This document shows, piece by piece, positions 1-11,800 of a stretch of 64,000 nucleotides of DNA (its first letter is position 1; every line of letters starts with the position of its first letter). Under the pieces are notes generated by a model. That model saw nothing but the letters and a program-made list of their open reading frames with translations. It was not told the DNA's origin and ran no database searches. Both the position numbers and the translations under genes were made by a program. The stretch is from Massalongia carnosa. Its lineage: Eukaryota. The stretch spans positions 992,001-1,056,000 of the forward strand of contig OZ287070.1 in NCBI GenBank assembly GCA_965645245.1, read 5' to 3'.

Positions 1-1314
1 AGACGGCGTGGCGGGTTGGGCCCGGCGCGCTGGTTGTAAATATTCTTGAGGATCGAGGCCCATGGCGTGACGCCGATGCCGGTGCCGATGAGGACGGCGA
101 TTTCGTTGTCAAAGACGTCTTCCGCGGGGGCACCATAGGGCCCGTCGATGCGGATGTCTGGCATGGTTTGGCCGTTCTGCAACGCAATTTCGTACATCCC
201 CATGGGATCCAGGGCGTCATAGTCTTTGGCTTGGGAGGGGCCCGCACCCAGAGCGTCGCCGAGCGCCCGGGTGAAGTCACCGACTTGCCGGACGTGAATG
301 GAGATGTAGTCGTCAAAGGGGCAGGAGGTGATGGTGAAAGGATGCCATTGGGTGGTGGAGACGGAGGGGACGTTAAGGAGAAGCCATTGCCCAGCTTTAT
401 ACCTTTTCATCATGCTGGGTTTGACAAATTGAATCTCCAGCGCGTCGTACGGATGACGGATCACTTTGGTGATTTGCGTCGGACGGCGGGAGTTGATTTC
501 GCGGTAGATGCGCTCCATCAGGTAGATGGCACCGCCCCAAAGTTCCCAGCGCCAGCCTTCATAGCCAAGGCAGTGGTTCCAGAAAGGCGAGCCGGCGAAG
601 GGCGAGTAAGGGAGAGGAGTGTCCCGTACGAAACATCCAGTGGCGTGAGTGTAGAGGGCAAGGAGGAAAGGAATAAAAAGGTGGTGGGTATACCAGAAGG
701 TTTCGTAGGATTGCTGGCGGATTTTGGCGTGGGCGGTGGTGAACATGAGTAGCATGCAGAGAAGCATGACATGCCCGGTGATGCCACCGGCTTCGGTGTA
801 ATGTATCTGTACCGCCGAAACTGGACGAATCTGAGTCCGCTCAACGTTGAAGAAACTTGTCTCCATTAGAATTGCCACCAGATGACAAGTTGGCCATGTG
901 ACTCACTTAACGTAATGTGCTGATACATGGATGATGGTCCAAAACAGCAACGAGTAGGCCGTTTGGCGATGGAACCATTGCGACTCGTCGAGGGGCAACC
1001 ATCGGATCTTTGGTCTGACCCACCGCAGAACATTCTTACACATGGGGAGAAGGATGATTGCCGCATCTACCGACAGCGCCAAACCTGCGCCCCGCGACAT
1101 CCATACGGAAAATGTAAGGGTATTCAAGCCATCCAGCCGGTGATCTGTAGCCTGCTTCCACCTGTTGCTCGAGTTAACGTGTTTTCAGACTGCCCAACTC
1201 TCGCTTTGCTTACCATCCAAACACAAAAAGCGCAACATGAAGGCCGTGAAATAAACCATTAAAGACCAACTTCCGTACCGTAAACGCCTTGCTCCAAGCC
1301 GATTCCTCAGCCAT
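1..1314 (-). CDS. noxA: NADPH oxidase catalytic subunit NoxA/Nox1 (gp91phox homologue), 3' end outside window; exons 1314-1214, 1161-907, 855-<1
   Basis: Spliced translation MAEESAWSKAFTVRKLVFNGLFHGLHVALFVFGW|WKQATDHRLDGLNTLTFSVWMSRGAG...WFHRQTAY...HYVN|FFNVERTQIRP...QWHPFTITSCP...RIDGPYGAPAEDVF...VLIGTGIGVTPWASILKNI; heme histidines, FAD (HPFT) and NADPH (GIGVTP) motifs; GT-AG introns. Confidence 0.96.
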
Positions 1315-2905
1315 GGCTAAAATGTGATGTATACACTCCACCCAACAATGCGGACCACGATGGCTGGTTCAACAAGATAACGATCCTTAGTAGCGAAGGA
1401 TGTACCGTGAGAGGTGACTTGGTCAAAGGCCGAGGATATCCAGCTAACTAATTGCAGCAACAGGAAGCTCTCGATGTTATGAACGTGCGCAGACTACTCG
1501 ATGATCCTGTTTTCCCCTTTGTGAATGTGACCGGCACGAACGTCGACTGTACGTGAGATAGTCACACCGTCTCCCAATGCCATGAAAACCACCAGGGTAT
1601 TTCCAAGGCCAGAGGCCTTTCCAACGCCTTGTGTGATGCCGAATTTCACCCTCTAATGTGCGAGACACTAGTATCGTAGCTTCCTGCTATGAAATGTGGT
1701 GATGCTGATCGTGATCGTAGGAAGAACTGACAGTGGATGTCGACGGTGCGGGGAGGTTGTTAACTGCAGCGGATCCTTGGCGGACAATCTTATATACCAA
1801 GCTGCACTCGTAGGAGATTTTAGCGGTTCATCGCACTTGGTATCTTTTCTTTCTTAGACCACATGGACGGAGTGATTCATGCTGTTTAATGCTTGGTGTT
1901 GCAAGACGCGCTGTGTCGGAGGTTTTCTCGGTGTACTCAGGATCGACGACCGGCGGCAAGCAAGGAGGATCTGGGGATCAAAGAATTGGATGTGTATTAG
2001 CCTCAATCGATGACACTAAGGGTGTGATGGGATTGTGGCCGGTACTATTTTGGTAACGGTGGCTTGATGAGATGTCCCAAGATTCTAGCAAGCGAATGAA
2101 GCGTTACTCGAAGCTGTCGCAGGTGCCTCCCGAGGGCATGGAAAAGGATTTGCAAGCGGCGCAGGAGCGTATGCGCCCAGACGGATTTGGAGTCGTCGCC
2201 AAACACTCAATGTGCGAGCCAGGGGTGGTCATGCTTCGAGAAAGGACCCTTTTAATCGGCGTGGTTTCTCACTCTCCTTTGGCATTGAGGAAGCTCATTC
2301 CTCGAATCCCGATTGGCATGAGTATTCAAGGAGCGAATAAGTTGTATGTACTGAGTACTCTGTAGTAATCAACAAAGCATTGTCATCGATCAGCCAGACG
2401 ACACTGCCGGATCGGCCCAAGCTGCGACCACCCGAATGATAAGAGAGTAGCTAGTCCATACTCACTGTATGGAGTACCGAATGTGTTCTCTGTATACTTC
2501 GTAGTATACTACCCTACTTCACTTAGTACCATCTTTTTGGTCTGAAATGCCACATGTCGGCTATTCTTGAATCTGAATATATTCCAATTGGGTTAGGCAA
2601 AGAGGTGATGGGGGGATCTGGAGTATGAGGAGGCAAGGATTGGCTGACAGTAGCGAGTGTTGAAAGTTCCTGCGGGATGAGAAGCACCACCAATGAGGGA
2701 CTGACAGCAAGCGCTGAAGGAAAAAATCATGTAATCGTGTATGATCGTCGTTCATCATTCACTATGAGATAATCGATGCCATTCCACCTGGGAAGACATG
2801 ATGCCGCAATCTCCAGAATCCCTCCGGGAGCTTTAGGATTTGAGATGATGAGTTATGGACGGTGATCTTCCATATCATTCGTAACGTGACTGTCACAGTA
2901 ACATG

Positions 2906-2959
2906 ATGCAATACGATGCAATACAACACAATACAACGCAATACAACGCAATACAACGT
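2906..2959. repeat. Short tandem repeat, 10-bp unit GCAATACAAC, about 5 copies, in the noxA-noxD intergenic region
   Basis: atgcaatacgatgcaatacaacacaatacaacgcaatacaacgcaatacaacgt read directly. Confidence 0.8.
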
Positions 2960-3934
2960 ATTTCACCAGTAGCAACGACGTTCGAAGCCCTAATTACAGA
3001 GTACGAGAGTTGCCAACATTAGGATTAGGGTTTCTCGCTTCACCTGCATCCAACTCCGCCCATTGGTCCAGCCAAAAACCGTCTCTCACACTCCCTTCTC
3101 TCACGCAGAGGACGCAGGCACAGCCAATCCTTGCCATACACTCCCCCAATTCCGTGCAGAGAGAGTACTCTGTAACACTGTACACCCAACAAAAAGCCTA
3201 AAACGGAATCGAAACAGACAGCAGCCACAAGAGAATCACAACGAGCATGCGTAGCAGAGCAAATACCCGATCGCCACATTCCCCCGCTTCATGCCTTTCC
3301 CAAGTTTAAACCCGAAACAGCCCCTGTCACTGCCCTCCAGCGGCTAATCACGCCAGTCTAACCCCTACGAATACGCACGAACGATGCGAGTGGCTGGGAT
3401 TTGTCTCCATGTAGATGCACGCACTTTAACCAACGTGACGACCCTGTGCCTGCATCCCAGATCGAGAAGAGGGGGGAAAGTAGTCAGTCTGTGAGACGGA
3501 GGGACAGCGAGATGCGACGCTTGCTGTCTCCAGCAGACGCCCAATAAAGGTAATCCCAACTGCCCCCATCATTTTCCTTCCACACACCAGATCTCGAACG
3601 TGCGCTTTTGTTACATATCAAATTGGAGAAGTGATTCCGTTCAAAGCAGATTGATCTTGTCGGAGCAAAGGCATTTCTTCCAAATACAGATCTGCTTCAT
3701 CTATCGTTTGGCGCCTCGATTGCTTGTTACCGCGTAAGACGTCGTGTTGGAGAAAAGGTCCTGGAGTGATACATACCTTCCTACCTACTTGTGCGACTAT
3801 AATCGAACCTCTATAATCTCGTCTCTCCACCGAACATTTCCACAACAATGATCAGAAGCCGTCGCACCTCGTAACGATTGCAGCGCAATCGCTTCCAACC
3901 CTCCAAACCCTCACCAATCGATCTCCTCTACATC

Positions 3935-4442
3935 ATGGGCAAACTCATCAAAAACCACTGGGCTCGCCTCATCATCCTCACCGCCGCAACCTGTAAGTCC
4001 CAACGAGATCGCCTTTCTTCCCCCATATGTCTCTCTCGTGACTAATCCCCATCCCTTCCCTGCAGACCAAACCGCAGCCTCCCTCCAAGGCTACTTCTGG
4101 CCCAAATTCTTCTGGGACTTCCTCACCACCAACCTCAATGGCGCTGTGCGCCCCATTCCGGTCCTCCAAACCATCAACCTTCTCCTTGGCCTCCTGGCCC
4201 TCTGCTGGGAATACCCGCTGCCCTGGCTCTCGGGCACGGCCATGCATCGCAGCATCGAGGCCCGGCTCGTCGTCTATCCCGTCGCCAGCCTGGCCGCGCT
4301 GCTGCTGTACCAGGGCACGAACGCGGGCATTTACTATTTGATCGGCATGGGGGTGTATTTTTGGGGGTTCAGCGAGGGGGAGGTCGTGTGCAAGGAGGCG
4401 TGGGCGCTGCCAAGGAGGGGCGGCGGGAGGGGGAAAGTGTAG
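3935..4442 (+). CDS. noxD: NoxD/Pro41, fungal p22phox-like NADPH oxidase membrane subunit; exons 3935-3992, 4066-4442
   Basis: Spliced translation MGKLIKNHWARLIILTAATYQTAASLQGYFWPKFFWDFLT...PIPVLQTINL...WEYPL...HRSIEARL...YQGTNAGIYYLIG...SEGEVVC; matches the Pro41/NoxD pattern from memory; intron GTAAGT...ACTAAT...GCAG. Confidence 0.93.
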
Positions 4443-6981
4443 ATGAATGCGTTATGGGGGTTTGGGGTAGGGTGCGAAGTCGGCGTCTAGGCTTGCGGCA
4501 TAGCGGTGGGGGAACGGCGTCGGGATGGAGGAAATGAATGATTCTCTCACTCACATCTATGCATGGTCACGGACAGCTCAACTTGTAAGCTGCAAAACCG
4601 AACTGTAAATATCTCCAGGAAGTTATTCTCCTATCTTACAGGCTCCGGTTTCGTATTCGTCTCGCTTCCCTAATCCCTTCCGTTTGTCGTTTTATGCCCT
4701 GTCCATTCCTTATCCTCCCTCTTCTCCCCCTTCATTTCTTCTCTTTCCTTCCCTTAACCTTTCCGCTTGACACAAAGAACCCCCACGGACCCACGGACGC
4801 ACGCATGCATGCACGCAGAAAGAAACGTAAAGATAAAGGTGGAGAGTGGGTGTGTGCTGATCAACTATCTTGATCATTTCCCATTACTTTTCCCGCTTTC
4901 GGACACGCCATTTCTCGAATGTACCAGAACCGACATCGGGGGTTGACGGAGCGTAAGTGCAAGTGGCTCTAGTTACGCAGGTAGGTAAGTAAGGTAGTTG
5001 ATATGGCATGACTTTTCCCGATCACGAGCCAGGAGCAAGTAAGCACGTATCCTCTCTGCAGCAGAGCTAGGTAGGAGTAATAAACGTAATGATGGGTTTT
5101 GTCGAGAGATGTTCTGGATCTGAAGTTTGAATAAATTGAAAGAGGTATATATATGTATACAAACAGCCTCGCTTCCGGGGGCAGGGGAAATAAAGCAGCG
5201 CTTCACAAGTTGGGTTTATACAGCTCTCCTTTAAAAGAATACGGGGTAGGGAGGTTTCTGAGGAGTTATTGGCAGTAGATATGGAACGCCTTTTAGGGTG
5301 AGCCCCCCCCCCTCCCTAAAACAAGCAAACTAACTCCATCACCATACCTGCGTGAATCCATCACTAGCACGGCCTAATCCGGTTTCTCTGTCCACGAGAC
5401 ACAATCTGAGTCGGCTGCGAAATGGGTAGCACAATCCATACATGACCATACATGCCGCCAGTCTGAGCGGAGAAGAAAGCTAACTGCTCAAACGAGATAC
5501 GGCGAAGAGCGCCTTGGAGTTACCCTAAGGATGGTCATAGTTCAGCCAATAGGCCAATCACATTAAAGTCACCAGTTCTCCAAATGCAAATATGGGTAAA
5601 AATACAAACTGGACGCCCTCAGAAAACACCGCAACATTATCATAACAGGAAAACTCAGGGAAAGCAAAAGCAATGCAAATAGAAACCAACTTGAACACAA
5701 GGAATTGAGGAGCGAAGTATCCCAAGGCAACCACCAGACCCTGACCCAAACAGAATGCCCAGCTCTGAACCATGGTGCTTGATTGAAATACAACCACACC
5801 GCTGCTTTCCGGTGGGAGCTAAAATCTCGCGACAAGAGCATAGGGCAGCAAGGAAATGTAAATAGTCAAAGTCCACAAGCAAAACGCCAGTTTTACCTTA
5901 TAGGCCTATTGCACGCTCTGCGAATTAACCATTTGACTTCTCGGTCAGGGCTTGAAGTGATGACAACCGGACGGACATCTTCCGTATGCAGCTCAGCAAG
6001 TTTCTTGACGAGCCAAAGCAGAAAAGACGTAACGTATATTGTACCACAAGCCTTATCCACCGTATGCCCTGCGTAACCCATACTTTGATCGCCTGTGGCA
6101 GGATCTGACGACAAAAACAGCACCGTGGGCAAGGCGTGCCTTCAAGCACCTTGGAAAGTCTGGTTTAGGCTCTAGGTCATTTACAGTGCCCAGATCCGAG
6201 TCCTTTCTACTCTCGCCACGGCCTTCAGCACATCTTCTCCGCCATAGGTTTATACAATAAACCAAAGCATGACCTGCAGAGCGTCCAAAACACACGCGCT
6301 AGGCTACCTTCTAGCAGCGAATAGTATTCGAATAGCATCCCAAAGGCTTAGGAGTAAGGTTTGCAGTCAACGCTACAAGGGGCCAGAAGGCGCATTGCCT
6401 TGAAACGGTTCGAGACGGAGAAAGTGCCTTGATGAATCTACGATTACATCTAGGTTTCTGAGTTAGCGGTAGTTATAAGGTGGATATTAATAAGGGTTTT
6501 CTCATGTTAACTGAAAGATCTGTCGAATTGACACTGTCCCTGGAGGTTTACATACTACTGTCATTTGCTACAGCCTTGTTGCTTAACGCTATGTACTGTA
6601 TGACATTTTAATAGCTACTAACCTTCAGACGCAGTGGATTGAGCGTAAGCTTAGTATTACTCTTCACATCGATGGTAAGATAGGTAGTTATCGTATTAGA
6701 TAGGTATTGTATCATTCAAGTGTTATGTTAGCGTCGTTACCGTCTGCTTCTTTAGCCTACAACGTCACCCCTAAATTGAAGTCAGCGGGACTATCGAATG
6801 ACGTATTTAGTACAGGCAACGGGATTGAATTGCAATTCTTGATTCTTGCAGCTCCTCGAACTTTGCTCGTCTCTTCACCACCACTGTATCAGATAAAAAC
6901 TAACATCCGGTCCCGAACCCCTTCAAACCCATCCTTACCATGGTGAAGGTTCTCGAAAACCAGGTCGTAGACCTAGACATC

Positions 6982-7689
6982 ATGCCTGGCAAGAAGCCGG
7001 AAGAATTGGAAGCCCAGGCCAAAGCACAAGTTGACAAGGCGGGGTAAAAAAAGCCCTCGTTTTTGTCCTACGCTACAAGACTTGTATTAAGTATTCCTGA
7101 CCGTGATGCTTTTAAATCCAGCAAGGTCGCTACCGACAATCTTTCTCCTGAGCAAAAGAAGCAAGCCGAAGGCTTCGTAGGCGGTGCTACCAATGCCGCT
7201 ACGGGTGTTGCCAAAACGACTGGAGGCGCGGTGAAGGGGGTGTTGGATACGACAGGGGATACGGTATGTGCTTTGATTTTTTTCTTTTTTTTCTTTATGG
7301 AAGCATGCCTTTCAACCCACCCAAAAGTCGTTAAGTTCGAAGAGAGGAACAGCCACCTAATTCAATGGCTTATTCTATCACTCCCTTCGTCTATAGGCTC
7401 ATAATTCATCTAACAGGTCGTAACATTAACTTCTGGCGTCGGAGATACGGTTGGTGGTATAGGAGCCGGGTTGGGTGACGCAACGAAGCAAGTAAGCGGC
7501 GCGTTCAAGTCGACAGCCGACTCAGGGGGTGATGCGGTAAGTGATGGGCCCGAAAATGCGGCCGATACTGTGAAAGATGCGGGGCATTCAGTGGAAGACG
7601 GTGCCTCGAAGGCCGGAGACGAGGTCGCCGACAAGACAGAAGATGCCAAGGGTGGGGTGGAGGAGAAGACGAAAAATGTCACTGGATAG
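6982..7689 (+). CDS. Small Gly/Ala/Thr/Asp/Lys-rich hydrophilin (LEA-like protein); exons 6982-7043, 7122-7263, 7417-7689
   Basis: Two GT-AG introns join the ORF pieces into MPGKKPEELEAQAKAQVDKAGKVATDNLSPEQKKQAEGFVGGATNAATGVAKTTGGAVKGVLDTTGDTVVTLTSGVGDTVGG...EEKTKNVTG; no Cys or Trp, amphipathic repeats. Confidence 0.75.
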
Positions 7690-8251
7690 ATTGATGGCGT
7701 GGTGGGTTGGGCGCAGGTAAGTGACGAGCAAATGGTATGTTTAGGCCAGTTTTCGCTTCTTGGTATATATCTGAAAAAGGCAATTGGGAAACCCTGATGG
7801 TTGGGACCTTGCAGTTTCCTATAAATAACGAGATTATTTTCTCTGCAACCGCAAGTACATGTTTGATTCATTCTGCCACTATCCGTTGATTCACTGAAGG
7901 ACTAACGAGGAGGTTCTGAGCACAGGTCTTGTTATCGATCTTTCATCACCGATTTTCTAAGTTTGCTTTTCCTAGCCAACCATGTTCTCACCGTCTTTCT
8001 TGCTCCCTGTACCATAGTCATCACAGGTTTCATCCATCAAAACGCTACCAAACACTCACCACATCCACCCAACCTTGTCCATAAACCTAGCATCCCCTAC
8101 CGAGGTCGCCCGCCCAAATCCAACTGCTGTAAGCCCCTAATCACCCCCGTAACCTCTCCCTCACCTGGCCAGCCCGCTCTTGATACGACGGACGCGGCGC
8201 CCACGGATTCACAGGCCTAGGCCCTTCGCTCGCGCCCACCGCTCCACCCCC

Positions 8252-8870
8252 TCATGCCCGCGCCCGGTTGATGTAATCCCAGCGCTGATACATCGCCCGC
8301 CGCCTCGACAAGCCCCTCGGCACCCACGGCACCCCCGGCACAAACTCCCCTCGAAACGCCGTCTGCGGGTTCAACCGCCGTGAAAACTGCGGCTCGGGCT
8401 CTCCCCGAGCTCGGCGCAGGACGGCGGACAGACGCTCGATCTCAAAGACGAATTGAGCGGGGGTGAGATCGGGTTCAGGGGCTCGGCGGGGAGGCTGTAG
8501 TGACCGGGGGTTTTGGCTGGTGCCAGCTGGCGGGTGGGAGATGGAGTGCAAGAGCGCGTCCAGTCTCCACCGTAAGGCAGCAACGTGGTCGAAAGAGGGG
8601 AGCTCGGGAATTGGGGGGTAGTAGGTTGGCGGCGGAAGGTCCACGGGAGGGCAAGTCGGGCAATCGTAGCCGGGATCGCCGAGGTTCTGGCGGATGTGCA
8701 CGTGGTCTGTGTGGTTCATGTAAGTGATGTGTGAATCAGGCACGGGATGGGATCAGATGCTGACTTGTCAGGTTGAGTTCGTTGGCGAAGTAGCACTCCC
8801 TACTCCCGAGCACTTCCTCGTGTCCGCAGGGCCAGCTGTAGAAGTAGTCCATGCAGACGATGTTTTCCAT
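8252..8870 (-). CDS. Hypothetical protein with N-terminal Cys/His cluster (C...CGH...C...CPTC) and Pro-rich region; exons 8870-8765, 8706-8252
   Basis: ATG at 8870; intron GTCAGC...CTGAT...CACAG joins MENIVCMDYFYSWPCGHEEVLGSRECYFANELNLT to NHVHIRQNLGDPGYDCPTCPPVDLPPP... in frame. Confidence 0.6.
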
Positions 8871-11800
8871 CCTGAACTCTGCTTCTAAGGGGTCCGTCTT
8901 TTCTGGCTAAGGGGAGAACTGTTTAGAAAGATAGAATAGATGCGGCGAAGTCAAGGTGAGATGAAGTGACTTACCGGAGGAGAGAAGGGGAAAGGCTAAG
9001 CGGGGTGAGATGACGAGCTGGAGAAGCGGGGATGTGGGTGTTCCTCCGCTAACTTGTCGATATGAAAAAAGAAAGAATAAAGAAGAAGAGTGAGAAAAGA
9101 GGAAGAAAGAAGCCACCAAAAGGCAAAGAGCAACTCCGGGAATGGTGAACTCGAAGAAGATAAGGGATGGTAGAGAGATGGAGAAGAAATAAATAGAGAA
9201 GGAAAGTTTTATATAAACCAAGGATGAAGAAAAATAAGTCTTATAATATTGCACAACACATACCAGTCCTTTCAAGCGCGACACAAACCCCTCCTAGAAT
9301 GAACATAAATCCGCAATTCACCAAAGGAGGGCACACAACCACGACAGGACGCGTTCGTGATGAATATATGCAATCTCCCTGAAAATGTCTCTTCCAGTAT
9401 ATCGATCAGTTCCGCTAAGAAAGAGACCGAGATATAATAACCGGCGTTTGGGTTGTATATACAGGCGTGATCTCTTCCTCCTTAACAGGAACCAAGATCC
9501 CACTGACCCTTCCAATCATCTGTGCGATAAAATCTTCAGGCTACCATGGCCATCAAGCACTCCCCATACGCCGCGATCTATCCATTTGGGCATTTGCTGT
9601 AAGCAATGCCAACGGAAATAGCTGCCTATCATGATCCAGACCCGCCCGAAAGGTGAGAATGTCTTCGGAATGATCGACCAGAATTTCCTTGACGAGGGGA
9701 GACGTGCGAAAGAACAGGAGGAGAATTCAAGCCGCGAATCTCTGTTTGTTCGAAGGCTTCACATCTGCAGGTTTGGGCTTCTTGCGCACTCCTTCTCTGG
9801 AGATGATTGGGGCAGACGCAGGTACTGGGGGGAGACTAGAAGAAGGGCGCTTTTTGGAAATCCAAGAGGTTATAAAGGGAAAGAAAGAGGCAAAACAGAA
9901 ACATATCATCTCAGTGTTCGAGTGAGTTATATGGTCGAGTTCTATTCGCCAAAGAATGTCACCTTGGACGTTTCCAAGCCGAAGAGCGCGGACAACTGCA
10001 AAGATCGCGCCAGTTGTTTCCCTCTCACCCTTTAGAAGGAACCAGTCTCTTGGAGGAAAATTTAGTTGCCTCCGCCGCAAAGGGGCCGTCCGGGAGGGCC
10101 GTTGCCCTAGATGTGTAGGCTCAGCTCTCCTCCGTCCCTTCCACCGCTTGTCCCTCTCCAGTTGCAGCCATCTCAGAGGCCCGGACAGGATGTAACAGAT
10201 ACGAATATATCGCTACCTGTTTCGGGAATACTTTGTGTCTGGGAGAGACGCAGATATACAATATAATATATATACCTTTGGGAAGCTAGCAAAAAATATA
10301 ATATAGTGGTTTTTTTTCTCTCTTGGCGTTTGGGGAATATTTAGGAAGGATGGGAGGTATTGGGGGTTTTAAGAACCCCTGAAGAAGGAAATACCCTGCT
10401 CAAAGGAAGAATTCATGGATACGTGTGAAGGAAGCTTGCATATGAATTCTAAAACCACAAGGGTCATTGAATGGCGGGATATAAAGGAGCCAGAAACCCA
10501 AATCAAGTGACGCGCTGGGCATGAATCGCAGTAAACTCTTCTACTTCCCCTATGCCCAAGTTTGGAATCTCGCAGATAATTCGAGTGTCCTATCATGGAC
10601 TCACCTCTTCATCATTCTGTCCTTTAGCTCCAGCTTTTTGTCTCAGGCTGCATGGCACACAAGGGGCCCCGACAGGAACAGAAACCGATGCAATTTTCCC
10701 TCAAGCAATTCTCCTTTTTTGTTTCATTTTCCGTCGCCCCCTCCCTCGGGGTTGGAAAGCCTACCGGATCTTTCTTGTTTATATTGTTCTTACCCGGTTC
10801 TGAAATTAGCCCTCTTTGTTAGGCTATCTAGCTAGTTATGAGTGCTATTTCCTAGATATCCGGAAGGTATTAGTCATGTTTAGAACCTCGCAGCTGAAAC
10901 CATCATACGTGATGCGAAGGCCGAGAGGAAGTCCCTTGATTGGCTTTAGCCGGTTCTTTTGCTCCGGGCTTAAGTGTGGTTGGAACACTGTGGAGCCTGC
11001 GGATTTTTACCATGCGGCTAAGTAATGTTGTTCCCAGTTCGTGATCGCGGGCTAGTGCTGCAACCGGCTACTGTTAGGTTTTTAAGAGGCCGTCCTTGTT
11101 TTTCTATTGACAATCGTGTGAACACTGAAAGCTCCGTCCAACCGGTAAAGCCATACGCTCCCCTATATAAAATCAACTCTACCTTCAGCCCTTCCTTAAT
11201 AGCGAACCCCTGTGGGTGCTTCTCGGCTACTTTTCCTTCGTCCATTGACGACTTCACATGAATTTCCCAAGCGTGCACCTAGTGCCCATAGCGAGGTCCT
11301 CGTCGCAGTACAATGAGTAGGTGTCGTTATCAAAGTTCTTAGCACGAGTGCGTTCGAAGGGGCGATCTCCTAAATATAAATTTTGCTTCGTAAAAAGATA
11401 TTTCTAGGCGATTTTTCTTTTCGAGTGATAGTCTACTATAGAGATCATTGGGCGAGAAGGTCCAGCACGGGTGGCATTTATGCGAACCATGACTGGGAGA
11501 TCCAGTTACGTTGTCTTTTCGGATGCTCATACGTGTTACTTTTTCTGGTGTATCTTCGGTGACGCCCACGCTATGGTCGTATTATTGGCCGTTCACGTAT
11601 TATAACTAAAGAATCTATCTGACCTGCGCTCCAGCGTGAGTGGAATATATAAGGTTTTCCCTGGTGGTACCAAAGCCGATGAGCATATTGACGGTGTTAG
11701 ACGCCATACCCTTGCGAGGCCACCCTAGCACGAGAGATCTATAGTAAGAACATATTAGCGCTTAACGAAATCTCGATTATAAGTTGATCCTTTGGTTTGG

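Noticed and set aside
168..752. 194-aa plus-strand ORF
   Set aside because: Antisense shadow of the noxA coding exon
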